From assembly GCA_025992315.1 (NCBI GenBank), contig DAJPHG010000001.1, positions 810,070-874,069 of the forward strand: DNA of 64,000 bases, written 5' to 3'. The position numbers and the translations under genes are program-made. Position 1 is the first letter of the stretch, and the number at the start of each line of letters is the position of its first letter. Of the stretch, positions 37,575 to 48,380 are shown piece by piece. This stretch comes from Bacilli bacterium. Lineage in GTDB: Bacteria; Bacillota_I; Bacilli_A; RF39; UBA660. The notes below the pieces were generated by a model, which was not told the origin of the DNA, did no database searches, and was given only the letters and a program-made list of their open reading frames with translations.

Positions 37575-40151
37575 ATGAAAAAAATAATATTAGTGGACGG
37601 TAATAATTTAATGTTTAGAAGTTATTATGCTACAGCTTATTCTAGAAGTATAATGCGTAATTCTAAAGATTTTCCAACGAATGCTTTATATGGTTTTGTT
37701 TCTATGATAAATAAAATTATTGATGAAGAAAACCCAGAATACATGGCAGTTGCTTTTGATATTGGAAAAAATTTTAGAAAAGATAAATATCAAGATTATA
37801 AAGCTGGAAGACATGAAACTCCTCAAGATTTAAAATTACAAATGCCTGTTGCTAGAGAAATACTTGATAAAATGGGAATTAAACATTTTGAATTGGAGCC
37901 ATATGAAGCAGATGATATAATTGGAACATTGGCTAAAATGGCAGATAATGATCCGGATTTTGATGCTACAATAGTTTCTTCAGATCGAGACTTATTACAA
38001 TTAATTAGTGATGTAGTAGATGTTAAACTTTTAAAACAAAAAGGTCATATTAGATATAATCCTCAAACTTTTTATGAAGATTACAAAATTGCTCCAATAA
38101 ATATTATTGATTTAAAAGCTCTTGCAGGTGATTCATCCGATAACATTCCTGGAGTTAAAGGAGTAGGCGAGAAAACTGCTTTAACATTACTTCAAAAATA
38201 TACAACATTAGAAAATATATATGATCATATTGATGAAATAAAAGGAAAGTTACAAGAAAAATTAATTAATGATAAAGATAATGCCTTTTTTTCTAAAGAA
38301 ATAGCAACTATTTATAGAGATGTTCCATTAAATATAAAAGACTTAGAAGATATAACTTATGAAAAGAATTTTAACAAAGAATTATACGATTTATTTGTGG
38401 AACTAGAATTTTATTCTTTTATTAAAAATTCTGAAAAAGATAAAAATACAAGTTCATCCGTTGAATTTACAAAATTAGATAATCTTGAAAATTTAGTTTT
38501 AGAAGATAAAATATCTTTATATATAGAATGTGATGATGTTAATTATCATACTGCCAATATTATAAGTGTAGCAGTTAGTGATAGTCAAAATAATTATTTA
38601 ATAAATCCAGAACAAATAAAAGAATTATTTCAAATAATAGATGGTAAAGAAATTTATACATATGATTTAAAGAAAAATATAGTTTTATTAAAAAAATATA
38701 ATATAAATATTGCTAATTGCCAATTTGATACTATGATAGCTTCTTCTTTATTATATGATAATCTAAAAGAAGATATTGCTTATTATATGAATAATAAAAA
38801 TGTTGATGTTCCTTTTTATGAAAATTTAAAAAAAGGTAATTTTTCTATAGATGTATTAGAAAAAACTACACCTTTAAAAGCAAGATTTATTTATGATACT
38901 CATGATGAATTAATAAATGAACTTGAAAATAATCAGATGTTAGATTTATTTATTAAAACTGAAATGCCTTTATCAAAAGTTTTAGCTAAAATGGAATTAG
39001 AAGGTGTTAAAGTAAATTTAGATGTTTTACTAGCAATGAAAAAAGAAGTCCAAGAAAAAATAGACATAATATCAGATGAAATATATGAAATGGCAGGAAA
39101 AACATTTAATATTTCTTCTCCAAAACAGCTTGGTGAAGTATTATTTGATGATTTAGGTTTGCCATTTGGTAAAAGAAATGTTAAAGGGTATAAAACTGAT
39201 ATAAAGGTTTTACATAAATTAATGGATTATCATCCAATTATTAATAAAATCATGGAATATCGTAATTTAACTAAGTTAATGAATACTTATATTGATGGCC
39301 TTCCTAATTTTATTTTAGAAGATGGTAAAATACATACAATTTATACACAAACTTTAACTAGAACAGGACGATTGTCATCAATTCTGCCTAATTTACAGAA
39401 TATTCCAACACGTGATCAAGAAGGTAAAAAAATTAGAAAAGCATTTATACCAGTAAATGATTTATTCTTAAGTGCAGATTATTCTCAAATAGAATTACGT
39501 TTACTTGCTCATATTTCAGGCTCTAAAGAATTACAAGATGCTTTTATTAATGGTCAAGATATTCATAAAAAAGTAGCTGCTGATATATTTGGGGTAGAAG
39601 AAAAGGATGTTTCTAAAGAAATGCGTTCTACTGCTAAAGCTGTTATCTTTGGTATAGTTTATGGTATTAGTGGTTTTGGCTTAGGAGAAAATTTAAGTAT
39701 TAATGCTAAAGAAGCAAAAACATTTATAGATAAGTATTTAGAACTTTATCCAGGTGTAAAAAAATATATGGATAATATAGTTAAAGAAGCATATGAAAAG
39801 GGATATGTAAAAACTTTATTTGATCGTAAAAGAAATATAGATGAATTAAAATCAAAAGTTTATCAAGTTCGTAGTGCTGGTGAAAGAATAGCTTTAAATA
39901 CTCCAATTCAAGGAACTAGTGCTGATATAATTAAAATGGCAATGGTTAAAATTGATCGTGAATTTACTAAACTAAATATAAAAAGTAAAATGATTTTACA
40001 AGTTCATGACGAATTAATTTTTGATATAAAATTAGCAGAAAAAGAACAAGTTGAAAGTATTGTTAAAGATATAATGGAAAACATTGTTAGTCTATCAGTT
40101 CCATTAAAAGCTAGTGCAGATTATGGTACTGATTGGTATGAAACGAAATAA
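37575..40151 (+). CDS. polA: DNA polymerase I
   Basis: 5'-nuclease domain, polymerase motifs RSTAKAVIFGIVYGIS and QVHDELIF. Confidence 0.9.
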   Translation: MKKIILVDGNNLMFRSYYATAYSRSIMRNSKDFPTNALYGFVSMINKIIDEENPEYMAVAFDIGKNFRKDKYQDYKAGRHETPQDLKLQMPVAREILDKMGIKHFELEPYEADDIIGTLAKMADNDPDFDATIVSSDRDLLQLISDVVDVKLLKQKGHIRYNPQTFYEDYKIAPINIIDLKALAGDSSDNIPGVKGVGEKTALTLLQKYTTLENIYDHIDEIKGKLQEKLINDKDNAFFSKEIATIYRDVPLNIKDLEDITYEKNFNKELYDLFVELEFYSFIKNSEKDKNTSSSVEFTKLDNLENLVLEDKISLYIECDDVNYHTANIISVAVSDSQNNYLINPEQIKELFQIIDGKEIYTYDLKKNIVLLKKYNINIANCQFDTMIASSLLYDNLKEDIAYYMNNKNVDVPFYENLKKGNFSIDVLEKTTPLKARFIYDTHDELINELENNQMLDLFIKTEMPLSKVLAKMELEGVKVNLDVLLAMKKEVQEKIDIISDEIYEMAGKTFNISSPKQLGEVLFDDLGLPFGKRNVKGYKTDIKVLHKLMDYHPIINKIMEYRNLTKLMNTYIDGLPNFILEDGKIHTIYTQTLTRTGRLSSILPNLQNIPTRDQEGKKIRKAFIPVNDLFLSADYSQIELRLLAHISGSKELQDAFINGQDIHKKVAADIFGVEEKDVSKEMRSTAKAVIFGIVYGISGFGLGENLSINAKEAKTFIDKYLELYPGVKKYMDNIVKEAYEKGYVKTLFDRKRNIDELKSKVYQVRSAGERIALNTPIQGTSADIIKMAMVKIDREFTKLNIKSKMILQVHDELIFDIKLAEKEQVESIVKDIMENIVSLSVPLKASADYGTDWYETK

Positions 40152-40171
40152 TTATTTAGAAGGTGATAATT

Positions 40172-40990
40172 ATGCCTGAAATAGCAGAAGTAGAAACAGT
40201 AAGAAATACATTGAAAAAGCAAATATTGCATAAAAGAATAGTAGATGTAAATGTATTATATTCTAAAATGATTGAGTCAGATGTAGATGAATTTAAAGAA
40301 AAACTAATAAATGAAGAGTTTGTTGATATTAAAAGAAGAGGCAAATGGCTTATATTTGAAACTACTAATTATTATTTGCTTTCTCATTTAAGAATGGAAG
40401 GAAAATTCTTTTTAAAAAGTGCTAAAGATGAGATAGTTAAACATGAACATATAATAATTACATTTGATGATGATACCCAATTAAGATATCATGATACAAG
40501 AAAATTTGGCAGAATGAACTTAATTAATAAAGAAGATTTATATAATGTTGAGGGTATAAAAAAACAAGGTGAAGAACCTTTTAGCAAGAATTTAACTAAA
40601 GAATATTTATTATCTAAATTACAAAATAAAAGACTAGCTATTAAAACTTTATTATTAGACCAAACTATAATTAGTGGTTTAGGAAATATTTATGCAAATG
40701 AAGTTTTATTTGCTGCAAAGATAAATCCATTTAAATCAGGTGGTAAAATAACTATTGATGAATGTCAAAGAATAATAGATGCGGCTAATAAGATAATTAA
40801 AGAAGCTATAAAAATGGGTGGAACTACAATTAAAAGTTACACTTCATCTCTAGGAGTTACTGGAAAGTTTCAACAAAAACTGAATGTTCATAAAAGAGAG
40901 AATGAAAAATGTAAAGTATGCGGTGCTTTAATTAAGAAAGCTAAAATAAATGGTCGAAGTACATATTACTGTGAAAATTGTCAGAAATAA
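40172..40990 (+). CDS. mutM: Formamidopyrimidine-DNA glycosylase
   Basis: N-terminal MPEIAEVETVR, H2TH, C-terminal zinc finger CKVCG...CENCQ. Confidence 0.85.
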   Translation: MPEIAEVETVRNTLKKQILHKRIVDVNVLYSKMIESDVDEFKEKLINEEFVDIKRRGKWLIFETTNYYLLSHLRMEGKFFLKSAKDEIVKHEHIIITFDDDTQLRYHDTRKFGRMNLINKEDLYNVEGIKKQGEEPFSKNLTKEYLLSKLQNKRLAIKTLLLDQTIISGLGNIYANEVLFAAKINPFKSGGKITIDECQRIIDAANKIIKEAIKMGGTTIKSYTSSLGVTGKFQQKLNVHKRENEKCKVCGALIKKAKINGRSTYYCENCQK

Positions 40991-41060
40991 CTTGTAAATA
41001 TTAATAAGCTATTTTATAATATATTTGGTTTTAGTGATTAAATTGAAAAGAGGTATATAT

Positions 41061-41102
41061 ATGTATTATAATGGTGGAGACGAAGACGAAGTTTATTTCT
41101 AA
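41061..41102 (+). other. 13-codon ORF (MYYNGGDEDEVYF) with RBS AAGAGG, immediately followed by a terminator hairpin (41104-41127) and a TGGTATAAT -10 element
   Basis: ATG 8 nt after GAGG; hairpin AGATTCT-atta-AGAATCT followed by T7. Confidence 0.2.
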
Positions 41103-41152
41103 TAGATTCTATTAAGAATCTTTTTTTATGGTATAATTATATAGGTGATTGG

Positions 41153-43600
41153 ATGAAAAAGTATAGAAATTATTTAATTATAATATTGTATGGCCTAGTA
41201 TTAACTATATTGTTAGTGGGTTTAACTAATGTATATGGATCTAAAACTGATTTTATTAATCAACATACTGTTATTCCTCAATATTTTAGACAAATATTTT
41301 ATCAAACCAAAAATTTGTTACCTAATTTTGTTTTTAATTTAGGGGCAGGACAAAATATATTTAATTATAGTTATTATGGTTTATTGAGTCCTATAATTTT
41401 AATATCTTATTTGTTACCATTTGTTAAAATGAGTACTTATATTATGGTAGCTAGTGTAATATTATATTTGGCAAGTGGAATACTAATGTATATATTTTTA
41501 AAAAATAATAAGTTTGATGAAAAAATATCTTTGTTTTCAGCACTACTTTTATTATGTACTGCTCCTTTAACATTTCATTTTCATCATCATATTATGTTTG
41601 TTTGGTATTTACCATTTTTAATTTTAAGTTTAATTGGAGTAGATAAATATTTAAATAAAAATAAATCTTTGTTATTAATTATTAGTATTTTCTTAATAAT
41701 AATGACTAATTATTATTATAGTATTCCTTCAATAATAGTTATTTTAATATATGGCGTTTATAAATTATTACAAAAACAAACTGAATTTAACTTAAAGTTA
41801 TTTATTCATGATATACTAGCAGCTTCTATTAGAATAATAATACCAGTTTTAATGTCTTGCATAATTCTTCTTCCAACATTATACGTTTTAAAAAATTCAA
41901 GTAGAGTAGATGCGCAATCTTTAAAAGTATTAGAACTATTTATATCAAATTTAAATGAAACATTTTATTCTTCATTTAATACTGGTTTAAATTTAATGTT
42001 TTTACTTTGCCCAATTGGTTTGTTATTTACTAAAAAAAGAAATAAAAGTGAGTTATTTTTAAGTATAATTATTTTGATAAGTTTTTTATGTCCATTATTT
42101 ATGTATACTTTAAATGGTATGCTTTATATTAGAGGAAAAGTGTTAATTCCTTTTGTAATATTATATATATATTTATTTGCTAAATTTATATTAAACTTAA
42201 AAAATGGTAATATAAATTTAAAATATTTTATAATAACTAGTGTATGTTTAATATTAATATTACTATTATTAAACTTTAATATAAAACTAGCTTTATTAGT
42301 TATTATAGATTTAATTGTAAGTATTTTAAGTATTATTATTTTTGCTAAATATAAAAAATATATTTATATTTTCTTACCAACACTATTATTCATAGTATGT
42401 ATTAGTTTTTCTAATAATAATGGTGAAAATTATATTAATAAAGATCTTTATAAAGAAATTAATAGTTATTCTATAAATAACTTATTAGATATTAATGATA
42501 ATAGTTTATATAGAGTAAATGATTATAATTATAAATTAACAAATATTAATAAATTTAATGACAAAAATATTTATACTACAAGTATTTATTCTTCAAGTTT
42601 TAATAAGTATTATCATGATTTTTATCATTTTAATTCGGGAAATAATATTATTTTTCGTAATATTTTAATGACTGGTGGAGAAGACAACGCTTTGTTTAAT
42701 AACTTTATGGGCATAAAATATGTTGTAAGTAAAAATAATATAAAAAATTATAAATTGATAAAACGAGAAAATGGTAATAAGTTATATTATAATGATCAAG
42801 CTTTTCCCTTATTATATACTACTTCTAATGTTGGGTCTTATAAAACTTATAAGCAAAAAGAGTTTCCTTATAATCTAGAATATATGTTATTTAATCCTGT
42901 TGTAAATATAAATGAAAATATAGATTATCAAAGTAATATAAAAGAATTATCTTTGAATTTAAATGATGAATATGATTTAGATATAAAAAAAGATAAACAA
43001 GATTATGTATATAAATTGAATGAAACTATAAAAGATAAAATCTTAATTATTTCTTTTGATATGAATTACAGTGATACTTGTAGTAATCAAGATACAACTG
43101 TAACTATTAATGGCGTGAAAAATAAGCTTACTTGTAAAGAATGGCGCTATTATAATCAAAATAAGAATTTTAAATATGTTATTTCTAATTTTGATAGTTT
43201 AGATAAATTAAAAATAACACTGACAAAAGGTAGATATAAAATTAGTAATATAAAAGCTTATACAATGAACAATACAATGAAAAAATATACATCTTTAGAT
43301 AATATTAAAATAAATCAAAAAAATAGCACAATAACAGCTAGTACTGATTTAAAAAATAACGGTTATGTTATTACTAGTATTCCATATGATGAAGGATTTG
43401 AAGTTTATATAGACAATAAAAAATGTGAAATAGAAAAAGTTAATACAGCTTTTTTAGGATTTAAAATTAATAAAGGAAAGCATACAATAAAAATAAAATA
43501 TAAAAGTCCATTATTAAACTATGGATATATATTATCTGGTTGTGGTTTAATAGCATTGATTACATTATTTATATTTGAATATAGAAAAAATAATACTTAA
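41153..43600 (+). CDS. YfhO-like large polytopic membrane protein (putative extracytoplasmic glycosyltransferase)
   Basis: 815 aa, about 13 N-terminal TM helices, a C-terminal beta-rich ectodomain and a final TM helix. Confidence 0.4.
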   Translation: MKKYRNYLIIILYGLVLTILLVGLTNVYGSKTDFINQHTVIPQYFRQIFYQTKNLLPNFVFNLGAGQNIFNYSYYGLLSPIILISYLLPFVKMSTYIMVASVILYLASGILMYIFLKNNKFDEKISLFSALLLLCTAPLTFHFHHHIMFVWYLPFLILSLIGVDKYLNKNKSLLLIISIFLIIMTNYYYSIPSIIVILIYGVYKLLQKQTEFNLKLFIHDILAASIRIIIPVLMSCIILLPTLYVLKNSSRVDAQSLKVLELFISNLNETFYSSFNTGLNLMFLLCPIGLLFTKKRNKSELFLSIIILISFLCPLFMYTLNGMLYIRGKVLIPFVILYIYLFAKFILNLKNGNINLKYFIITSVCLILILLLLNFNIKLALLVIIDLIVSILSIIIFAKYKKYIYIFLPTLLFIVCISFSNNNGENYINKDLYKEINSYSINNLLDINDNSLYRVNDYNYKLTNINKFNDKNIYTTSIYSSSFNKYYHDFYHFNSGNNIIFRNILMTGGEDNALFNNFMGIKYVVSKNNIKNYKLIKRENGNKLYYNDQAFPLLYTTSNVGSYKTYKQKEFPYNLEYMLFNPVVNINENIDYQSNIKELSLNLNDEYDLDIKKDKQDYVYKLNETIKDKILIISFDMNYSDTCSNQDTTVTINGVKNKLTCKEWRYYNQNKNFKYVISNFDSLDKLKITLTKGRYKISNIKAYTMNNTMKKYTSLDNIKINQKNSTITASTDLKNNGYVITSIPYDEGFEVYIDNKKCEIEKVNTAFLGFKINKGKHTIKIKYKSPLLNYGYILSGCGLIALITLFIFEYRKNNT

Positions 43601-43605
43601 TTGTA

Positions 43606-44727
43606 TTATTTTTTTATTGGTTTATTTTTTATTTCAAAATCTCTTTCTTTACTTTCAGTAATTAAATCATATAATATTACAGCGTTATGTTCTATTTTAT
43701 AAGTAGTGCTTTCTTTTTCTGGCTTAAGAGGGATTGTAATATTTTTTTTAATTTTTTTTAAATAATTTTGACCATTATGATTAAAACCTAATATTTTTAT
43801 GTATTGAATAGCAGTTAAATTATCATTCTTTTTAAAATCTAATAAAATATGAATTAACATTCTTTTTAATTTGTTGTAAGTATATCTTTTTGATTTTATA
43901 AGAGTAATAAAATCATCTATATTTTTTGCATTATTTATTTCTTTTTTTAGCTTATTTTCGATTCCTTCATCAACATCTAAATAAATATTTAAATTGTCAC
44001 AAGTATTAATTTTATATTTTAATAATGAAAATAAAAGCTTATAGTTAATTGTTAATATTTTATTTTGAGATGAAGATGGTAGATAAGTACTTATATCTAA
44101 ATTATCTTTGATTTTATTTCTAATATTGGAAGCACTAATTATGGTATTATTACTTTTAATATCATGATAATCATTAGTTCTTTTAATACATTCAAATTCG
44201 ATATTGCTATTAATTTGCTTAATAGCTTTAATATAAGAGATTGCTAATAAATCATTTGGGTTATTATAATTAAATTTGATATGTAAAGTTTTAGCAAGTG
44301 CAGTAGGATAGTTTAAACCTGATTTTAAATATTCTTTAATAGAATCTTGATGATTATTTTTTAATTGTTCATCAGCAATATTTTCTAATATTTTGATGTT
44401 ATTAGATTCACTACCAAAAATAATTTTATCAACTTTAAAATAGTTTAATATTTCTATAGAATGATATGCAAATTTATCGGCGGATTGTGTGCCAAAAATT
44501 GCTGGTAATTCTAAAACTAAATCAATATTATTATCTAAAGCTATTTCAGTTTTAGATTGTTTGCTTAAAATACTTGCTTCTCCTCGTTGCATAAAATAAC
44601 CATTTACTACTAAAATTATTATTGAGTCTTTATATAATTGTTTTATTTTATTTATATGATATAAATGACCATTATGAAATGGATTGTATTCACATATTAT
44701 GCCGATTACTTGCATACTAATCACCAA
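43606..44727 (-). CDS. tmcAL: tRNA(Met) cytidine acetate ligase (YlbM/TmcAL family nucleotidyltransferase)
   Basis: N-terminal VIGIICEYNPFHNGHLYHI matches YlbM; located before yceD-rpmF as in Bacillus. Confidence 0.55.
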   Translation of the reverse strand: MVISMQVIGIICEYNPFHNGHLYHINKIKQLYKDSIIILVVNGYFMQRGEASILSKQSKTEIALDNNIDLVLELPAIFGTQSADKFAYHSIEILNYFKVDKIIFGSESNNIKILENIADEQLKNNHQDSIKEYLKSGLNYPTALAKTLHIKFNYNNPNDLLAISYIKAIKQINSNIEFECIKRTNDYHDIKSNNTIISASNIRNKIKDNLDISTYLPSSSQNKILTINYKLLFSLLKYKINTCDNLNIYLDVDEGIENKLKKEINNAKNIDDFITLIKSKRYTYNKLKRMLIHILLDFKKNDNLTAIQYIKILGFNHNGQNYLKKIKKNITIPLKPEKESTTYKIEHNAVILYDLITESKERDFEIKNKPIKK

Positions 44728-44790
44728 ATTTAGTTTAACATTATTTGCAAAAAAGATAAATACTTAGTATAATTAGAGCAGGTGATAAAT

Positions 44791-45273
44791 ATGGATATTG
44801 AGTTAAGTAAATTATCTAGTGCCAAATATAATGTAGACCAAGATATCTCTTTTAATGAAGATGTTTATAAAGATACAGAGATAAAAGGATTAAAAAATAT
44901 TCATGTTAATGGAACAATTAATTTTGATTTTGAAGATAATTTAATTATTAATTTAAAATTAACTGGCATAATGATGCTAATTGACTCTTATACATTAAAT
45001 TTAGTTGATTATAAATTTTCTTGTGATATTGATGAAAGTATTGATAATAAAGAGTTAAATTTACTAAAAGTTGTAAAAAATAATGAAAATATACTTGATA
45101 TTAGTAGCATTTTATGGCAAAATATTGTATTGGAGGTCCCAATAAGTTATACTTTAGAAAAAGATCATAGTAATATTAAAGGTGAAGGTTGGGAACTAGT
45201 AGATGAAAAGAAAGAAAAAATCGATCCTAGATTAGCTAAGTTAGCTGAGCTACTTGAGGAAGGGAAGGAGTGA
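44791..45273 (+). CDS. YceD/DUF177 family protein
   Basis: Acidic 160-aa protein immediately upstream of rpmF. Confidence 0.5.
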   Translation: MDIELSKLSSAKYNVDQDISFNEDVYKDTEIKGLKNIHVNGTINFDFEDNLIINLKLTGIMMLIDSYTLNLVDYKFSCDIDESIDNKELNLLKVVKNNENILDISSILWQNIVLEVPISYTLEKDHSNIKGEGWELVDEKKEKIDPRLAKLAELLEEGKE

Positions 45274-45277
45274 TTTT

Positions 45278-45472
45278 ATGGCAGTTCCATTTAGAAGAAC
45301 AAGTAAGACTAAAAAAAGAATGCGTCGTACTCATTTAAAGAAAGAAGTAGGAGCAATTAGCACATGTCCTAAATGTGGAGAAACTTTAAGACCTCATCGT
45401 GCATGTTCTAAATGCGGTTATTATAAAGGTAAAGAAGTTATTAAACAACAAACTGAAGAAACTGAAAAATAG
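45278..45472 (+). CDS. rpmF: 50S ribosomal protein L32
   Basis: [19 protein letters not shown]...CPKCGE...[12 protein letters not shown]. Confidence 0.9.
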   Translation: MAVPFRRTSKTKKRMRRTHLKKEVGAISTCPKCGETLRPHRACSKCGYYKGKEVIKQQTEETEK

Positions 45473-45493
45473 TCATATCTCATGACTATTTTT
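45470..45493 (+). terminator. Rho-independent terminator after rpmF
   Basis: TAGTCAT-atctc-ATGACTA followed by TTTTT. Confidence 0.6.
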
Positions 45494-45737
45494 CATATTA
45501 TAAAAGTTGATTATTTGTAAATATTATTGTATATTAAAAAAGGCTTAACTATATTGTTGAGCAATCTTATTTTAAACTCATATTTAATATGAGTTTTTTA
45601 ATACCCAAAACCCCTTTTGTGTGATTGATATAAAACGCTCTACAGCTAAGCCTGAAATAATTATAACATAATTTTTACATATTGCAAACATATTAATATA
45701 TTTATAATAATTACATAAAATATATTGGTGATGAAAA

Positions 45738-46088
45738 ATGGATAAAAAAGAGGAATTTAAACGTTTTGCTTCTTTACATCCTAGTTTGATTAAACATATA
45801 AAAAATAAAAGCATGACTTGGCAAAAGTTTTATGAAATATATGATATCTATGGCGATAATCCAGATGCGTGGAGTGAATATATAGAAGATAATAGTTCAT
45901 CAAGTAGTATTAAAAATATAAGTGATATGGTAAAAAATGTAGATATGGATTCAATTCAAAAACATATTAATACGGCTCAAAAAGCTTTAGGGTTTATTTC
46001 TGATTTAACTACTAAAAATCAAACACCATCAGTTAGTCCTAAGGGACCACTTAATCCTAGACCATTAAATAAATTCTTTGAGGATTAA
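45738..46088 (+). CDS. YlbD-like putative spore coat protein
   Basis: LHPSLIKHIKNKSMTWQKFYEIYDIYGD resembles B. subtilis YlbD. Confidence 0.4.
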   Translation: MDKKEEFKRFASLHPSLIKHIKNKSMTWQKFYEIYDIYGDNPDAWSEYIEDNSSSSSIKNISDMVKNVDMDSIQKHINTAQKALGFISDLTTKNQTPSVSPKGPLNPRPLNKFFED

Positions 46089-46311
46089 TATGCAAAAGAG
46101 TTTACAAATAAAATTAAATGAAAACCCTAAAATGAAAGAATATTTAAAATTAAATTCTAATTGGTATAAAGACTTAAATAGATCAGCCACTAATTATAAA
46201 AATTTTGAACAAACTATGAAAGATATATATAAACTAAGAACTACTGATAAAATAAATGATGCTTTAGAAAATATAGATTTGATAAGTAGTGTCTTAAATG
46301 TAATTAAGTAA
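46078..46311 (+). CDS. YlbE-like small protein
   Basis: NPKMKEYLKLNSNWYKDLNRS resembles the YlbE NPEWYRILSRNP motif. Confidence 0.35.
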   Translation: MRINMQKSLQIKLNENPKMKEYLKLNSNWYKDLNRSATNYKNFEQTMKDIYKLRTTDKINDALENIDLISSVLNVIK

Positions 46312-46364
46312 TTGATTTATCTTTTTTCATGTTATATAATTGTAACATAGGGAGAGATCAATTT

Positions 46365-46787
46365 ATGAAGAATACTAATATACTTAATAAAAAAGGTTTT
46401 ACTTTGATAGAATTACTTGCTGTTATAGTTATACTTGCAATATTAATGCTACTAGCTACACCAAGTGTACTTAAAATAATGAATAATGCTCAAAAGAGCG
46501 CTTTTGAAACAGAAGCTGCAACAATATTAAGCGCGGCTAAAACACAGTATGCTGCTGATGCAGGGACTACAGATGGAAGTCAGAATTGTTATGATAAAAG
46601 CAGTTTAACTACTATTGATAAGAATTTTAGCCCTGCAGCATCTTTTAAGGTTGAGATTAGTGAAGTTAATGATAAACTTACATACAAGGTTTCATATACA
46701 GATGGAAAATATAATGTTTCAGATAGTGATGACGGAAAGGATGCTGACCCTGTTAGCGGAAAAGTTTCTTATTCATGTACTAAATAA
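46365..46787 (+). CDS. Type IV pilin (PilA-like) with a class III signal peptide
   Basis: KKGFTLIELLAVIVILAILMLL prepilin cleavage/methylation motif; C-terminal Cys pair; RBS AGGGAGAG. Confidence 0.7.
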   Translation: MKNTNILNKKGFTLIELLAVIVILAILMLLATPSVLKIMNNAQKSAFETEAATILSAAKTQYAADAGTTDGSQNCYDKSSLTTIDKNFSPAASFKVEISEVNDKLTYKVSYTDGKYNVSDSDDGKDADPVSGKVSYSCTK

Positions 46788-46880
46788 TTTTCATTCAAGT
46801 GTAAAAGCTTGTTTTTTTATTTTCTAAAATATAGAAAAGATGGTATACTAATATAGTAATAATAATATAGGAGTGATAAT

Positions 46881-47609
46881 ATGTTATGTCCTAGATGTAA
46901 TAGTGAGAATGAACTAGGAGAAAAATTCTGTCGTTTTTGTGGTGCACCATTAATAGATACGGAATTATTTTTAGATCCTAAAGAACAAAAAAGAAGAGAA
47001 AAAAATCGTAAAAAGCAACAACGTTTGAGAGAAAAGGATGAACAAGCGAGAAGAAATGCTACAACTATGGCTCAAAATAATAGTGTTGCTCCAAAAAGAA
47101 CTTATTCTTTAATTGAAAAGGCATATCAAAGAGATTATACAAGAATTATACTTAGTTTAGCTAAATCTATAATTATATTGGTTATTCTTTTGGCAGCTAT
47201 ATATTTTATATTTTCATTTGTATCTGTAAAATATGCAGAATCAACGCACAATTATAGTGTAAGTGGTAATGATATTCCATCACTTAATTATGTTGTTGGT
47301 GATCGAAGCATAAAGAAAGTAAAATATAGTTTTGATAATCATATATTTAAAACACAGTATGTTTTTGAAAATATAAGTAATCCTACAAATGACATTTTAA
47401 AATATACTGCTTATTTAACAAGCAATAATAAATACCAAATAATTGAAGATTTTGATCCTTCATTAGAAAATGGTAGTGCTAAGTTAGCAGTAAAATCAGT
47501 GAGTACTTTTGAAGATATGATTGTTGTAGAAATTAATTGGACAAAAAATAGTTATTCTATAATAGTTTATAAAGATAAAAGTACATTGGAAAATTCAACT
47601 AATAATTAG
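46881..47609 (+). CDS. Zinc-ribbon membrane protein (hypothetical)
   Basis: CPRCNSENELGEKFCRFCG ribbon, basic linker, one TM helix, extracellular domain. Confidence 0.3.
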   Translation: MLCPRCNSENELGEKFCRFCGAPLIDTELFLDPKEQKRREKNRKKQQRLREKDEQARRNATTMAQNNSVAPKRTYSLIEKAYQRDYTRIILSLAKSIIILVILLAAIYFIFSFVSVKYAESTHNYSVSGNDIPSLNYVVGDRSIKKVKYSFDNHIFKTQYVFENISNPTNDILKYTAYLTSNNKYQIIEDFDPSLENGSAKLAVKSVSTFEDMIVVEINWTKNSYSIIVYKDKSTLENSTNN

Positions 47610-47678
47610 TTTGAATTTTTTATTTGACATTTATTATTAAACGAGTATAATAGTTTTCCCAATTTATATGGAGGCGTT

Positions 47679-48332
47679 ATGAAAATTAATATAAATAAGT
47701 TTTGTGCTTTTTTAACAACTTTTACTTTAGTGGGTACGATGAGCGGATGCTATAAAACAAATAAGAATAATTATAATAATATTAATAAACCGGAGGTTAC
47801 TACCTCTTATCAAAATATAGAAAATAGTATTAATGTAGAAAATGAGAACTTTGAAGTTATCGCTAAATATAATTTTGATCCAGTTCAAAGTGAAAAATGG
47901 TATATTTCAGATGATAAGATTTGCCAATTAAGTGTAAAAATTGAAAACTCAAATAGTAAAGTTTATCTAGATAGTATTGATATAATCGTGAACTTATTAT
48001 CTTGTTTTAATGATTTTGATAATGTAGTTCAAGATACCATTAATATTAATGCTAATAATTACTTATTTAATGCAGAAGAGTATACATGTACTTTCAATAT
48101 AAATGGTTTAGATGCTAACTTATTTGCAAATCCTAATTTTGATGTGTCTTCTATTGATTTAGAACAATTAATTCAAGGTTACAAAATAATTGGTAATCAT
48201 ATTGAAATAAAATATAATATAAAAATTGAAGAAGAAAATGAAATTGATACTATTGTAGTTGAAGATAACTTATTAATTAATGCCGATAAATACGAAATAA
48301 ATAATTCTAATACAAGAAGATTAGTAAAGTAA
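47679..48332 (+). CDS. Putative lipoprotein
   Basis: Signal peptide with lipobox LVGTMSGC. Confidence 0.35.
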   Translation: MKININKFCAFLTTFTLVGTMSGCYKTNKNNYNNINKPEVTTSYQNIENSINVENENFEVIAKYNFDPVQSEKWYISDDKICQLSVKIENSNSKVYLDSIDIIVNLLSCFNDFDNVVQDTININANNYLFNAEEYTCTFNINGLDANLFANPNFDVSSIDLEQLIQGYKIIGNHIEIKYNIKIEEENEIDTIVVEDNLLINADKYEINNSNTRRLVK

Positions 48333-48380
48333 TTCTTGTATTTTTTTGTATCTTTTGAGATAATTTTTAGGGTGGTAAAA

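Noticed and set aside
38400-38800. Apparently degenerate 3'-5' exonuclease domain in PolA (no clear DxE / Y-x3-D motifs)
   Set aside because: Loss of proofreading motifs is common in Firmicute Pol I (for example Bst), and it cannot be judged without an alignment. Not considered novel.
45560-45605. Second hairpin (AAACTCATAT-tta-ATATGAGTTT followed by T-tract) downstream of the rpmF terminator
   Set aside because: It is likely a redundant or bidirectional terminator and has no distinctive function.
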